Shown piece after piece: positions 9,935-20,500 of a stretch of DNA of 64,000 nt. The translations under genes were made by a program, and so were the position numbers. Within the stretch, counting starts at the first letter, position 1, and each line of letters begins with the position of its first letter. The notes below the pieces were generated by a model. The model saw only the letters and a program-made list of their open reading frames with translations. It had not been told where the DNA came from and ran no database searches. The DNA comes from Candidatus Eiseniibacteriota bacterium (GTDB lineage Bacteria; Eisenbacteria; RBG-16-71-46; SZUA-252): NCBI GenBank assembly GCA_963703225.1, contig OY969801.1:2816001-2880000 (forward strand), given 5' to 3'.

Positions 9935-10969
9935 TCACTTCGGGAACGTCGCAGCGACATCGACGATGCGAACCGCCGTGTCGGTTTGATACTCTCCTCC
10001 CGCGAAGTACAACCGCTCACCGCCTGGGCTCCAAATCAGGTTGCTCATGTAGCCATAGGTGGCAATCTTCTTCTCGCGCCCGCGGGCAAGGTCTCTTATG
10101 AAGAGCTCCTCGCTAGGCCCATCCAGGAATCCTAGGCCTTTGGTATACACAACGTAGGCGAGGTATCGCCCATCTGGCGACACGCGTACCCTCGCGATGG
10201 ATACCATCGCCCCCTGTTTCTCCTTGCGCTTGACCACCACTTCCTCTTCGCCCACGTCTCGCAGCCGAAGGATCATGTTTATCCTGGGACTTTCGCCCCG
10301 AAAGTACAGGCAACGCACCACGCCACCCTCGAACACGGCGGCAACATCCTTCGAGAGTAGATCCCAGACGCGGCCTCGGAACTCAACGCTGGTGAGGGGC
10401 GGACAATCCGAGCATTCGCCCGGGGCATTGGGATTGGCGAGGATCTGCAATCCGGGGACCGAACGATCCATGGCCACGTAAACGCCGTAGTAGTAGGGCT
10501 GGAGGTAGAAATAGTTCCCTCTCCAGCCGGGGGGGCGAAGTCTATGTTTGATCAACTCAAGACCTGCCCGCCCCTTCCACTCCTTGTCTGAGGATGAAAA
10601 GCCGAGAGGATCCGGCGGAAGGGACTCGATCGCGTGGCGAATGATCTCGCCGGTGTTGAGATCCATCGTCGCAACACGAATCGGGTACTCGTACGGCGAG
10701 AGCTCCTCAAAGACTCGCGCCTTGGGCAAGACCCATTCGGTGAAGGCGAGCCAATGCTCGTCCGGCGACACGCTGATCGAGAACTCCAGGATCGCAACTT
10801 GCTCCGTGCCGGTTATGGGTTGGACAACACCGCTCCCTGAGGAACCCGAGCATCCTGTGCAGCAGAGGAGCAGCGCCACGGTGGCTACGGGTAGCCAACC
10901 TGTACGGTGCGAGCACCCAGGCGCAACCGTACTACCCCACCGAACGAGTCCCGCCCCAGCAGCCTTCAC
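9935..10969 (-). CDS. Probable lipoprotein with TolB/PD40-like repeats (start uncertain)
   Basis: Hydrophobic stretch then LLCCTGCSG lipobox-like sequence. SVSPDEHWLAF, VSPDGRYLAYV and WSPGGERLYF motifs. Confidence 0.65.
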   Translation of the reverse strand: MKAAGAGLVRWGSTVAPGCSHRTGWLPVATVALLLCCTGCSGSSGSGVVQPITGTEQVAILEFSISVSPDEHWLAFTEWVLPKARVFEELSPYEYPIRVATMDLNTGEIIRHAIESLPPDPLGFSSSDKEWKGRAGLELIKHRLRPPGWRGNYFYLQPYYYGVYVAMDRSVPGLQILANPNAPGECSDCPPLTSVEFRGRVWDLLSKDVAAVFEGGVVRCLYFRGESPRINMILRLRDVGEEEVVVKRKEKQGAMVSIARVRVSPDGRYLAYVVYTKGLGFLDGPSEELFIRDLARGREKKIATYGYMSNLIWSPGGERLYFAGGEYQTDTAVRIVDVAATFPK

Positions 10970-11004
10970 AGAATGAGGCTCCAGCGCGCCCCCCCAAGGG
11001 ACCC

Positions 11005-14000
11005 TCACTTGAGGAGCAGCATCTTCTTCGTCGATTGGAAGCGCCCTGCCGAAACGCGATAGAAGTACACCCCGCTCGAAGCCCTCGTCCCGGTATCGGT
11101 CTTCCCGTCCCATACCGCGCGGTAACTCCCGACGCCTCGTGGCTCATTGACCAGTGTCCTGACGAGCCGGCCCCGCACGTCGTAAATCGCGAGTAGGACG
11201 TGGCCATTCTCGGCGACCGAGAAGGCAATCGTCGTCGTCGGGTTGAAGGGGTTCGGGTAGTTCTGCCCGAGCGCATTCCGTACTACCGGCGGGCTCCCCA
11301 GCACAGAAGTGGGAACTGCGTCACCCCAGTAGAGAATCTGCACTCTTGGCTGGCCGCTGAGCAGAAGGTCAGCAACGGCCACGCGCGTGTCATCGAGAAC
11401 GGTGACCCCGGTGGGATGGTAGAATTTCCCATCGTTCGTAAGGGCCTTCTTTCGCATTGAGCGGAACGTGCCGTCGCTGGCGAACCTCTGGATCCTGTGA
11501 TTGCCGTAGTCGGTGACATAGACGTCGCCGTCGGGTCCCAGGGCAACGTCCGAGATTCCCCGGAACTGACCCGCTCCGAAACCGAAACTCCCCCAGCGAC
11601 GCTCGAGCACGTACCCACCAACGTGCGGCACACCCTTCAAGATTTCGTTCCTCACGGCGACGAAGATCGCGCTGTCCGGAGCAACCGCCACGGACAACGA
11701 CTCCGCGCTCACCACACCCGCGGCAAGCGTGAGGTCCCAGCTGGTGAGCAGGGTCGCGATCGGAGCCGCTTGGTCGAACTTCCGGATGAACACATGCTGC
11801 GTCCCTGGGTCGTAGTCCGATCCATAGAGACTTCCGTCCCGGTCGACCGCGATGCCGGTCACGAGAGAATAGGGAGTGGTTGAGACCGATGCCAGCGGTG
11901 AGAGCTCGCCAAGCGATCCAGGTCCAAACCTCAGAATCGCCTCGTCTGCCGGCGGACCGATGACGTACGCCACTCTTGACGAGTCCACAGCAAACTCCTC
12001 AAGATCGGCCGGACTGTGAGCGGGGTATCCGATCGCACCAGGGGCGCACGCGTCGGTGCGGCGCTCGACGTGCCCAAAAGTGTCGAACTTGTCGAACATG
12101 TACACATCGCCGCTCCCATCGGTGCTGAGGTCGGCCACTCCGAAGGCACCCACATTGAAGACGCAGGTACGAACACCTCCAAAGCAATTCAACGGCACTT
12201 GAATCGTGGTGTAGTCCTCTGAGGTCGCTCCGGCCGGGTCGGTTACGCGAAGCCCGATGAGGCGCTCGTCGGCGATGAAGGGCGGCGTATAGTACACGGA
12301 CGCCCCGGACATATCGCCGAACTGGCCGTCACCGTTGAGGTCCCAGGTGTAGGTCAAAGGACCGCCGTCGAAGTCGATGGAACCCGACGCGCTGAGATGC
12401 ACAGCCTCTCCATTGCAGATCTGATACGGACCCCCAGCATTCGCGTGCGGCGAGTTGTTGATCAGAGGTGCGCTGCCCACCTCCACCGTGACGACCTGCG
12501 AGAGCGTCCCGTTCTGAACGGTCACGGTCGTCATGCCCGCACCGGACCCGCGCAGGACCCCGTCTTGGCTGACGGAGACGATTCCCGTATTGAATCCGGT
12601 GTAGGTCGTGCCGAATGCGCTCGTCGCGATGTCTCGTTGCACGCCGTCACTGTAGTCTCCAACCACGCGCAGCTCGAGTAGACCACCAACCCCAGAAAGG
12701 CTGACCGACGCAGGAGTTACCTCGATGCCATTGGGCACGGAAGGTCCCCCTACTGTCATTGTCACTGGTTCCGAGCGCCCCATCGTCCCATCCGCCATGA
12801 GAGCGAGAGCCATGAGCTCAAAGGGACCTTGGTATGCCTTGTCCGTGTGCACATACGCCGTCAGCGTACTGTCGAGGAATACCGCGCCACCCGGATAGGT
12901 CACGATTGCCTTTTCGACGTCACTGAATGCCTGGACTGCAACTAGGATGCTGTCGCCCGAAAGAACGCCTCCGCCCACGGGCTCTGTGAAACGGAGCGTC
13001 ACGCCGGCGAAGCCCGATATCTCGTCCCCGACGGCCTCGGCGAGTCCCTTCGCCTCCTCCGAGACGCCGGGTGAACGCGCAAAGCTAGCCCCGCCGGGCA
13101 ACGAAGACGCGAAGAACGCCGCGTCCTCCACAGGGCGCCTCGCCCAATCACGCGCCACATTTCCCGCGATGTTGCTGGACAGGGGCGCACCGTGGAGTCC
13201 CTCCTTGAGACGTGCCTTGACGTAGTGACTCGGATTACTCAGCCCACCAACTTGGCTGTCTAGCGGTACAGCCACGTCATGCTCATTTGGTGGCAATAGC
13301 GCATTCAACTCTGGAAGGCTCGTAAACGTCGCCACAAGTTGAATGAACGCGGACACCCCGTCCGCCGTGGCGGACGCAAGGAGTTGCGCCGAAGACCACA
13401 GATCGCTGCCTCCGACGCCAACGTGGCTGTGCGTTGGCGCGGTGAACTGCTGCAGGCCAGTTACCGCGGCACTTCCCGGCCTCATGTCATCGATCGCGCC
13501 CCCGGTGACAGTGCTGAGATCGCTGTGCATCGCCTTTGCGAATCTTTCAAGGAGCCAGCGTGCTGTCTGTCGCAAAGGAGGTTGCACCGTCGCGTCGTTC
13601 ATGACGTCTCGAAGTTTCACGGCAATGTCGGCGAAAAAACTGCCCTGGTGTGGAACGTCAAGAAACATTGCCTTGTGGTAGTACCCGCGGCCCATATTGA
13701 TTGGGTTCCGAAACGTGAAGGGATCCTGTGGTCCCGCATCCGCGAGACGGCGAAGGACGAGGCCACCCATCGAGTGACTGATGATGTCAACTTGGGCCGA
13801 CGCGATGCGCCGCGCGCGAGCGCTGGCCGTTGCGGACGCAAGCTCCTGGCCCAGCACTCGCGCGTTGGTGGCCAACGGCTTGCCACTAGTCTCACTGTAA
13901 TCCACAACAATGTGCTTGTCGGCACCCCAAAGAGCAGTGTCAGCAGGGGCGCGAATGCTCTTGAAGTTGTTCCAGGCCCCGGAATTACCGAGGAACCCAT

Positions 14001-16029
14001 GGAGGAAGACTACCGTCGGCCGCTCGATAGTCAGATCACAGAATGTATCCACGGAGTCCGCGCCGATATCGGGCGTGAACTTGGCCGTGAGCCGCAACGG
14101 GCGCTCCCCCATCAATGTGTCGGCCGGAACTGACGATCGCTCAAAATCGATGGGTGCTGTGTAGACCGCAAAGGCAATGTACTCTCCGCCGACGCTCTCC
14201 ACCGAGGTATCTACCACAAGTCCGGTCATCGCACTATCCAGAGTGGAAAGGCTGCCAAGATTCTCTGTGACGCCGACATGTTGTGGGTCACTCAACTTCC
14301 ATCGGACGGTCCCGGATTCCGGCAGGTGTAGACGCAGCAGCAGCGGGCTAACGCCGTCAGCGGCTACGCCCTTCATCCTTTTCCGGTTGTCCTGAGGACC
14401 ATCCGGGCACGCGGCAAGCAAATCCAGGTCGCTCGTCTTGAGTCGGAAGGTCGATGGATCGACCCATGGCGTCTCAAGAATATTCATCGCTTCAATGCCA
14501 TCCCCGAAGACCTCAACGCGATTGGGCCCGAAGGGGGCCACATACATGAACTGTCCGGCTGCGTTGTGCATGAAATCGAGCCCAGAGGAAAACTGCTCAC
14601 CAGGTAGCCCGATTTGTATCGATGAGATGTACACACCCGATCGATCGTACTTGCGGACGAAATGTCCCAAGGCAGTCCAATCCAAGACGCAGATGAAGCC
14701 GTCCTTATCGATCGCAAGGCTGTTGGCGATGCTCAGTTCGCCCGGCACCGGGACTCCTTCGTGGCCCCAGTGCGCGCCGCACCCGACACCCGGATCGTAG
14801 CGATGCACTTCGCTGATGTACCAACCGTGGTCGAGCATGTATACGCTCCCGGTCGAGTCGACGGCCATATCCTCGACCCCGAAGCTCTGCATCATCTTGC
14901 AGCTCGTGTCCCGGTTCAGCACGCGACCCGTGAAGTGGCCACTGAGATCAACCTCTTGAAGACGATCCACGAAGACGTCGTTATGATAGTTCGACTCGTG
15001 GACCCACGCGAACCCGTTCCTAGGGTCGATTGCGACGGCGCCCGGGGCGCCGGCAAAATTCCCTGGCTCGGTGGACACTGAATCTCCCTTGATATCAAAG
15101 TCGAAGTTCCCCGAGGGGTCGTAGACCGCAACGGAGTACGTGCCGCTAATGTAGAGCCGATTGTTCTTTGGGTTCCACGCGAGCCACCTTGGCTGGTAGA
15201 AGGCACCGGGTTCGGGAGGGGTTATGCCCGGACTGCCCCAGCACATCTCGCCGCTCCCGTTGAGCGAGTAGCGACAGATCTGATTGTGGATTGGATCGGC
15301 TACATACACAAAGCCATTCGTTCCGATTGCGATGCTCGATCCATCCCCCGGGATATCCCAGCCGAAGAGCGGAACTCCCGTCGAGTCGAAGCAACTGGCA
15401 GCCGCCGTGAGCGGGGAAGGGATATTTGGGCCGCCCCTGGCGCTCCCTGGCGACCCACACCCGGCGATTCCGTACCAGTCCAGCCCAAGCTTGTATGTGT
15501 TGTCGCCGTCGGCAGCAAGACACTGGGTCCCAAACGACGTCCCGAAGTGCGGGTCGAGGGTGGACATGGAGGCTGGCTCCAGTGTCGGGGAACCGCCCTC
15601 CACCGTTACCGAAAGGCTCCCGAGATGATACAAGCCCGGATCAAGGGCTTTTGCCCCGCCGAATCCCGCGTAGAAGTCCGTCTCACTGGAACCCGAGCCG
15701 AACGAGACGTTCATCGTCGATCGCAGGTTCGTGTACTTGCCAAATGACACTGTCCCCCCGCTGGCGTGAAGGATGAACTCATAGGAGACAATGGACAGGG
15801 CCTCCGAGCCAGTCGTGCAATAGGCCACCGAACTGTCTGCATTGCGGGAGGTGTCCAAGTAGACCGTAACGGTCGTTGGCTCCCCGGCGGGATTGAGGAC
15901 ATCCTCGCGGGTGCTGACCCCGTCCCCGTTTGCATCAAGATACATGTACTGAGCCCAGGCGCGAAGTGATGGCACCGTGAGAGCGAACGCCGAGGCAAGA
16001 GCTACGAGTAGCCGGGTATGGGTCTTCAT
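11005..16029 (-). CDS. Large secreted multidomain alpha/beta hydrolase (NHL repeats, lipase-like core, Ig/PKD domains, FlgD CTD)
   Basis: Signal peptide, VFLHGFLG, ISHSMGG nucleophile motif, DVPHQGS, NHL-like repeats, PKD-like ANAGGPY...YTWDLNGDG, QNYPNPFNPTT CTD. Confidence 0.85.
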   Translation of the reverse strand: MKTHTRLLVALASAFALTVPSLRAWAQYMYLDANGDGVSTREDVLNPAGEPTTVTVYLDTSRNADSSVAYCTTGSEALSIVSYEFILHASGGTVSFGKYTNLRSTMNVSFGSGSSETDFYAGFGGAKALDPGLYHLGSLSVTVEGGSPTLEPASMSTLDPHFGTSFGTQCLAADGDNTYKLGLDWYGIAGCGSPGSARGGPNIPSPLTAAASCFDSTGVPLFGWDIPGDGSSIAIGTNGFVYVADPIHNQICRYSLNGSGEMCWGSPGITPPEPGAFYQPRWLAWNPKNNRLYISGTYSVAVYDPSGNFDFDIKGDSVSTEPGNFAGAPGAVAIDPRNGFAWVHESNYHNDVFVDRLQEVDLSGHFTGRVLNRDTSCKMMQSFGVEDMAVDSTGSVYMLDHGWYISEVHRYDPGVGCGAHWGHEGVPVPGELSIANSLAIDKDGFICVLDWTALGHFVRKYDRSGVYISSIQIGLPGEQFSSGLDFMHNAAGQFMYVAPFGPNRVEVFGDGIEAMNILETPWVDPSTFRLKTSDLDLLAACPDGPQDNRKRMKGVAADGVSPLLLRLHLPESGTVRWKLSDPQHVGVTENLGSLSTLDSAMTGLVVDTSVESVGGEYIAFAVYTAPIDFERSSVPADTLMGERPLRLTAKFTPDIGADSVDTFCDLTIERPTVVFLHGFLGNSGAWNNFKSIRAPADTALWGADKHIVVDYSETSGKPLATNARVLGQELASATASARARRIASAQVDIISHSMGGLVLRRLADAGPQDPFTFRNPINMGRGYYHKAMFLDVPHQGSFFADIAVKLRDVMNDATVQPPLRQTARWLLERFAKAMHSDLSTVTGGAIDDMRPGSAAVTGLQQFTAPTHSHVGVGGSDLWSSAQLLASATADGVSAFIQLVATFTSLPELNALLPPNEHDVAVPLDSQVGGLSNPSHYVKARLKEGLHGAPLSSNIAGNVARDWARRPVEDAAFFASSLPGGASFARSPGVSEEAKGLAEAVGDEISGFAGVTLRFTEPVGGGVLSGDSILVAVQAFSDVEKAIVTYPGGAVFLDSTLTAYVHTDKAYQGPFELMALALMADGTMGRSEPVTMTVGGPSVPNGIEVTPASVSLSGVGGLLELRVVGDYSDGVQRDIATSAFGTTYTGFNTGIVSVSQDGVLRGSGAGMTTVTVQNGTLSQVVTVEVGSAPLINNSPHANAGGPYQICNGEAVHLSASGSIDFDGGPLTYTWDLNGDGQFGDMSGASVYYTPPFIADERLIGLRVTDPAGATSEDYTTIQVPLNCFGGVRTCVFNVGAFGVADLSTDGSGDVYMFDKFDTFGHVERRTDACAPGAIGYPAHSPADLEEFAVDSSRVAYVIGPPADEAILRFGPGSLGELSPLASVSTTPYSLVTGIAVDRDGSLYGSDYDPGTQHVFIRKFDQAAPIATLLTSWDLTLAAGVVSAESLSVAVAPDSAIFVAVRNEILKGVPHVGGYVLERRWGSFGFGAGQFRGISDVALGPDGDVYVTDYGNHRIQRFASDGTFRSMRKKALTNDGKFYHPTGVTVLDDTRVAVADLLLSGQPRVQILYWGDAVPTSVLGSPPVVRNALGQNYPNPFNPTTTIAFSVAENGHVLLAIYDVRGRLVRTLVNEPRGVGSYRAVWDGKTDTGTRASSGVYFYRVSAGRFQSTKKMLLLK

Positions 16030-16206
16030 CGCACGTCCCTCCATGCTCTGCCTGTTACTAGTCTGGGCCGAACGGCACCAACTGCACGGCCACGAGGATC
16101 ACCGATGCGTGGAAGTAGGAGTTGGTTGCCGCTTACCGTCCGGCACGGGCGAGCGCTCCGCGGTTTCAGGGGGGCTGTTCGTGGTCTTAAATCCCGCCAT
16201 GGATTG

Positions 16207-16506
16207 CTATCCTTGCACTGACGCTTGTTTCTGCGCTTCTGCTGCTTTCCATTTTTGATCGGCGGCCAGACCCAGCGATCCTAGGACCGCTCCCAGAACT
16301 AGCTGCAACGCATCCTTCGAGAAGGTGGCCAGGTCGGTGGCAAATGGAGGAACCTGGGGCGCCCAGATTTGCACTGCCACTGCGATGAGCATTAGCAGCA
16401 CGAACATCAGAAACAAGAAGAAGTATGCTCGTATGACCCAAGGCATTTCGCGAACGCCGAGTCGAAGTACTACTCCCTGGTGCTTTCTTGCCGTCTCATT
16501 GCTCAT
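16207..16506 (-). CDS. Small membrane protein (two predicted TM helices)
   Basis: ATG preceded by ggagggg. Hydrophobic segments YFFLFLMFVLLMLIAVAV and LQLVLGAVLGSLGL. Confidence 0.6.
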   Translation of the reverse strand: MSNETARKHQGVVLRLGVREMPWVIRAYFFLFLMFVLLMLIAVAVQIWAPQVPPFATDLATFSKDALQLVLGAVLGSLGLAADQKWKAAEAQKQASVQG

Positions 16507-16608
16507 TTCCCCTCCAATGGACCTGCCCCTAGTCCTTCCCCCTCGCAGGCATCCTGCCACACGGGCGTCTTCGGATCGTCTGTTGAGGCGTCTCTCGGGG
16601 CCTCGACA

Positions 16609-17339
16609 TGCGTCTTTCCTCCAAAGGACGACAAGTGGACAGTTGCGCGCGCAATGGAGGACAAGCTCGCGCACTTGGCGCGCCAAGCGGCATTTCAGCG
16701 GCATGTTTTGGGCCCAAAATCGCGCTTCTCATGGAAGGGCGCGACTCACGCACTGCCCCTAGCTGTTAGCACTGCGCGCATTTGCGCCGAGCTGTGACGA
16801 GATCCCCATGCGGCATACCCGTCTCCAGGGTCGCAAAACATGCCGCATGAATGCACCGAGAGGGCCCAAGACCCTCCCATTTCTGCACCGAAGTGCCCCA
16901 AACTGGGACCATTTCCGCACCCAAACGGCCCAAGGGCCTACCATTTCTGCACCGGCGCCCGTGGCCCCACGTTGGCACCCAATCGGCGCGACTTCGCAAA
17001 TACCCCGTGCCCGCCCGCGACGAGGTCTATACTTGTTAGGCAGTCCGCCCTCGCGCGAGGGTCTCCCCCCACACCTTACGCGGGGGTCTTTTCATGCCGC
17101 CTTCGACCGCACCCACGTGGCCCAAGGGCCTACCATTTCTGCACCGGCGGGAAGTTGGCCGAAGGGCGCGAGATCTACGCCCTTGGGCGCCCTGTCGCGC
17201 CCACGGCGCGCCGTGTGATTCGGTTCCCGTTCTCCCGTATATAGGCGGCGAATCCGAACTCAATTCCACCATCTCCACCATTCCCCTTGATGTCCACCAC
17301 ACGCGAGCGAACATGGAGCTACGGAGGCAGCCCATGTTC
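16609..17339 (+). repeat. Conserved recombinase leader, copy 1 (with a 149-bp insert at 16958-17106)
   Basis: Colinear with 46390-46907. Four gcacc boxes at exact 32-bp spacing (16853, 16885, 16917, 16949) and multiple inverted repeats. Confidence 0.85.
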
Positions 17340-17426
17340 GCGGCACGTGCTCGCGGCTAGGAGCAAGAGCAGATCCTAGGGGATATAGTTCCATCCTCCG
17401 GATGAAGACGGGCAGGAGGTGAACCC

Positions 17427-17909
17427 ATGAGCACAACATGCCAAGTCCGCGGCGCGCGCTTCGGACACACGAGCGTCGTGGCCTCCGATTGGCGTCGACT
17501 CGCGAACTTCTACATCGGGCTATTCGGCTGCGAGATCGTGCCCCCGGAACGCGATTACGCGGGAGCCGACCTGGAGAGAGGAACGGGCGTGCCGGACGCA
17601 GCCCTGCGAGGCGTCCACCTTCGCCTACCCGGTCACGGCCCCGACGGACCGACGCTGGAGATCTACGAGTACCGTCGAGCCGAACCGCGCCTGCCGAGTG
17701 TGGCCAACCGCCTCGGATTCGCGCACATCGCATTTGCCGTCGCCGACGTCGCCGCCGCCCGCGAGGCGGTGCTCACAGCGGCCGGAAGGGCTCTTGGAGA
17801 GGTGGTGACACTCACGACCTCCGATGGCCGGCGAGTGACGTGGTGCTATGTCACCGATCCGGAAGACAACATCGTCGAGCTCCAATCGTGGAGCGAGGCA
17901 GCCCGATGA
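17427..17909 (+). CDS. VOC/glyoxalase family protein
   Basis: FGHTSVVASDWRRLANFY..., LEIYEY, GFAHIAFAVAD, YVTDPEDNIVELQ. Confidence 0.85.
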   Translation: MSTTCQVRGARFGHTSVVASDWRRLANFYIGLFGCEIVPPERDYAGADLERGTGVPDAALRGVHLRLPGHGPDGPTLEIYEYRRAEPRLPSVANRLGFAHIAFAVADVAAAREAVLTAAGRALGEVVTLTTSDGRRVTWCYVTDPEDNIVELQSWSEAAR

Positions 17910-17956
17910 GGGGCGATGGCCCACCAAGAGGGAGCATGGAGGCACGGAGGTAGCCC

Positions 17957-18541
17957 ATGTTCATCCGCGTTCCTGATCCCCCGAAGACGCTCTCTGCCGA
18001 GGAGCAGGCTCGACTCCTCGAGGTGGTCACCCAGAGAGGCTGCCGGCGCGATCTCGCTCTGCTGACCCTGGCCCTCGGGACAGGTCTTCGCCTCCGCGAG
18101 CTCGTGGGCCTCAACGTGGGCGACGTGACGACGAAATCGGGCGAGGTGGTCTGGAAGGTCGACCTGCCGAAGAAGATAACGAAGGGGCGCGGCGGGGGCG
18201 TCGCGTTCCTGTCGGAGCGGGCCGGGGCGGCCCTAGGAGACTACCTGGCTGCGAAGCGGGTCATCGGAGAGCCGGTGGCTCGCGACGCCGCCCTCTTCAA
18301 GTCGAGCCAGACCGGCCGGCTCTCGCTTCGCAGCGTCCAGCGCATTTTCGTCCAGTGGCAGCGAAACGCCGGTTTCGAGACGATCTACAACTTCCACACG
18401 CTGCGCCACACTGCGATCACGAACGTCTATCGGGCCACGAAGGACCTTTTCCTCACCCAGCGGTTCGCCCGGCACGCCAATCCGATCACCACTGTCGCGC
18501 ACATCCACCCTCGGCCAAACAGATTTCCACCGAGCGTTTGA
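17957..18541 (+). pseudogene. Short tyrosine recombinase, copy 1 (catalytic Tyr replaced, C-terminus lost)
   Basis: [24 protein letters not shown] are present, but VAHIHP replaces VAYTHP. Homology ends at about 18510. Confidence 0.8.
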
Positions 18542-18549
18542 AGCCTCAT

Positions 18550-19975
18550 TCACCGCACGAGGACAACCCGACCGGAAGCATTCGATCCCGGCGCCTCAAG
18601 CCGGTAGAGATACAGGCCGGACGCTACCTTGTGCCCGCTGGCATCCTTGCCCTCCCAGATGCGCATCTGCGATCCCGCCGGCATGGATTCGTCGAACAAC
18701 TCTTTGACGAGGCGACCCCGGAGATCGTAGAGCCGGAGTCGAGCGTGCCCAGCTTGTGGCAGCAGAATCGAAAACGTCACCTCGGCGCTGGCCGGATTCG
18801 GGTAGGTGTGGCACTGAACAGCCGACGACGACGGGTTGAAGGCCACTCCCACAGGATCGATTCCGCCGATTTGGATCGTCACCGAACCCGCCATGCCGTT
18901 CAGCCAGAGCCGGACATGCGGGACGTAATCCCAACTCACGAAGTTCACGCTCTTGAACGGCCGTCCCGCTTACAGGGATCCGAAAAAGCCGCCACCCGTT
19001 ATCGGCGCGGATCGTGCCCACCACGTCGGGATTGTTGGCGTAGTCGCGGGGCACATCGATCGCCACGTAGTTGGTGTCCGCCAAGTCAATCGTCGCTTCG
19101 AAGTAGTCGTTCTGCGTGTCGAGGTAGCCGTCACGATCTAAGTCCTCCGTGTCGACTCGCGCGTTGGGGTCGCCGGTCCCGTTCCTCTCCGTGCCGTTGA
19201 TTCGACTGTAATCGCCCGCATTGTTGCGATCGTAGGCGTAGTCGTCGTGGTTTGGATCGGAGCCGGGGCCGGTGTAGCCGGGTTCTTCGGAGTCGTGGAG
19301 GCCGTCGAGCCCCGTGTCCTCGTCGGTGAGATTATCGACACTATTGATGTCCAGCCTTCCGTCGCCGTTCTTGTCCTCTGTGTCGAGCCGCCCATTCGGC
19401 GGGCTGCTGGGATTCCAGAAAGCATCCTCGCTGACTTGCCCGAGATCGATGTGGAGCTTGGCCTGGGTCAGCGCGTGATTCGGGGTGAAGTCGTTGACCC
19501 AGATCTCAAGATAGCGGAGCGATGAAAAATCATAGCCAACCGTCGACAGTGACTGAGTGAGGCCGGCCCAGTTTGACGCAGTCAACCCCGATTGTCCCGT
19601 CGGTGGCTGAAGGTTCATCTCAAGGACGTTATGGAGATCGCCGCCCCCATCCTCCGCAGTCAGGACCGGATTCAGATCTCTCTCGATCGCAAATCGGGTC
19701 GAAGGATCTCTCGGCGGGTCATACCAGGAGGCCTGCGCGTGCTCCGCCAGGGTCGCGGGAACGGGAGTCGCAGGCGCGAGGGTATCTCCCATGTCGTAGA
19801 GCGGTGCACTACTCCAGAACCAGCTAGCGCGGCTGAGCGGGATGGTCCTCAAACTACTCACGCGCAAAGCCTTCGGCGCCAGCACCGCACCCGCGGCCGT
19901 CGGGGCCGATAGCGCGAATTCAACTATCGCAATACAGATCAAGCAGAGTCGGGAAAGCTCTCCCGCTAGAACCAC
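18550..19975 (-). pseudogene. Secreted SprA-internal-domain-like protein with FlgD CTD, frameshifted near 18955
   Basis: Signal peptide, WAGLTQSL..GYDFSSLRYLEIWV, LHIDLGQVSED, NGRLDTED, DTEDLDRDG, GWRLFRIP. Continues in another frame as VRLWLNG...YPNP...LYDLRGRLVK. Confidence 0.7.
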
Positions 19976-20178
19976 GTTCAGCGGTCACCTCGGGTCGGGA
20001 TGTCGCACGCCACCCTGGCTAGACGAACGTGTCGGCCTCGACTTCCCGGGAACACGGCAACCAACGCTACCACGGGGGCTCCAGAGCGCCGCCCACGCCA
20101 TCTCGAAGGGTCGAACCCCACTCGAGGGCGCGAAGGTCCCACTTTGCAAGGTCGTCGCTCTCGGAATCGGGATATCCT
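19539..20178. repeat. 640-bp direct repeat, copy 1 (copy 2 at 23516-24155)
   Basis: Identical by eye at offset 3977. ORF translations are identical in several frames. Confidence 0.9.
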
Positions 20179-20247
20179 AGATGTTGTGGACCCAGAGATC
20201 AGGTACGAGAGGCGCCTGAACACGCCTCTCGAGGCAAAACGTCACTG

Positions 20248-20495
20248 CAGAGAGCCAGAGAGGAAGAGAGCCCACGGCGGCGAATTCAGCCCGCTCTCCG
20301 TGAATCCACGGGCAGCCATGCTTCTCCCACTGCGAGCTTCGCTACGGTGTGCCGCAAGAGAGCGCCACAAGATCGCAACAACTCGCCACATGTGCGAGAG
20401 CCCCGGCGGCTCTCGCCACCGGGGCCCTTATCCCCTCCGCGAACCCGCGAGTTCGCACTTTCATTTGGCTCCCCAAACGTAACCCTTCGCGAACT
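20248..20495. repeat. ~250-bp repeat family, copy b
   Basis: cagagagccagaga ... ccccggcggctctcgccaccggggccc ... gcgaacccgcgagttcgc ... ctccccaaacgtaacccttcgcgaact. Confidence 0.8.
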
Positions 20496-20500
20496 CCAAG

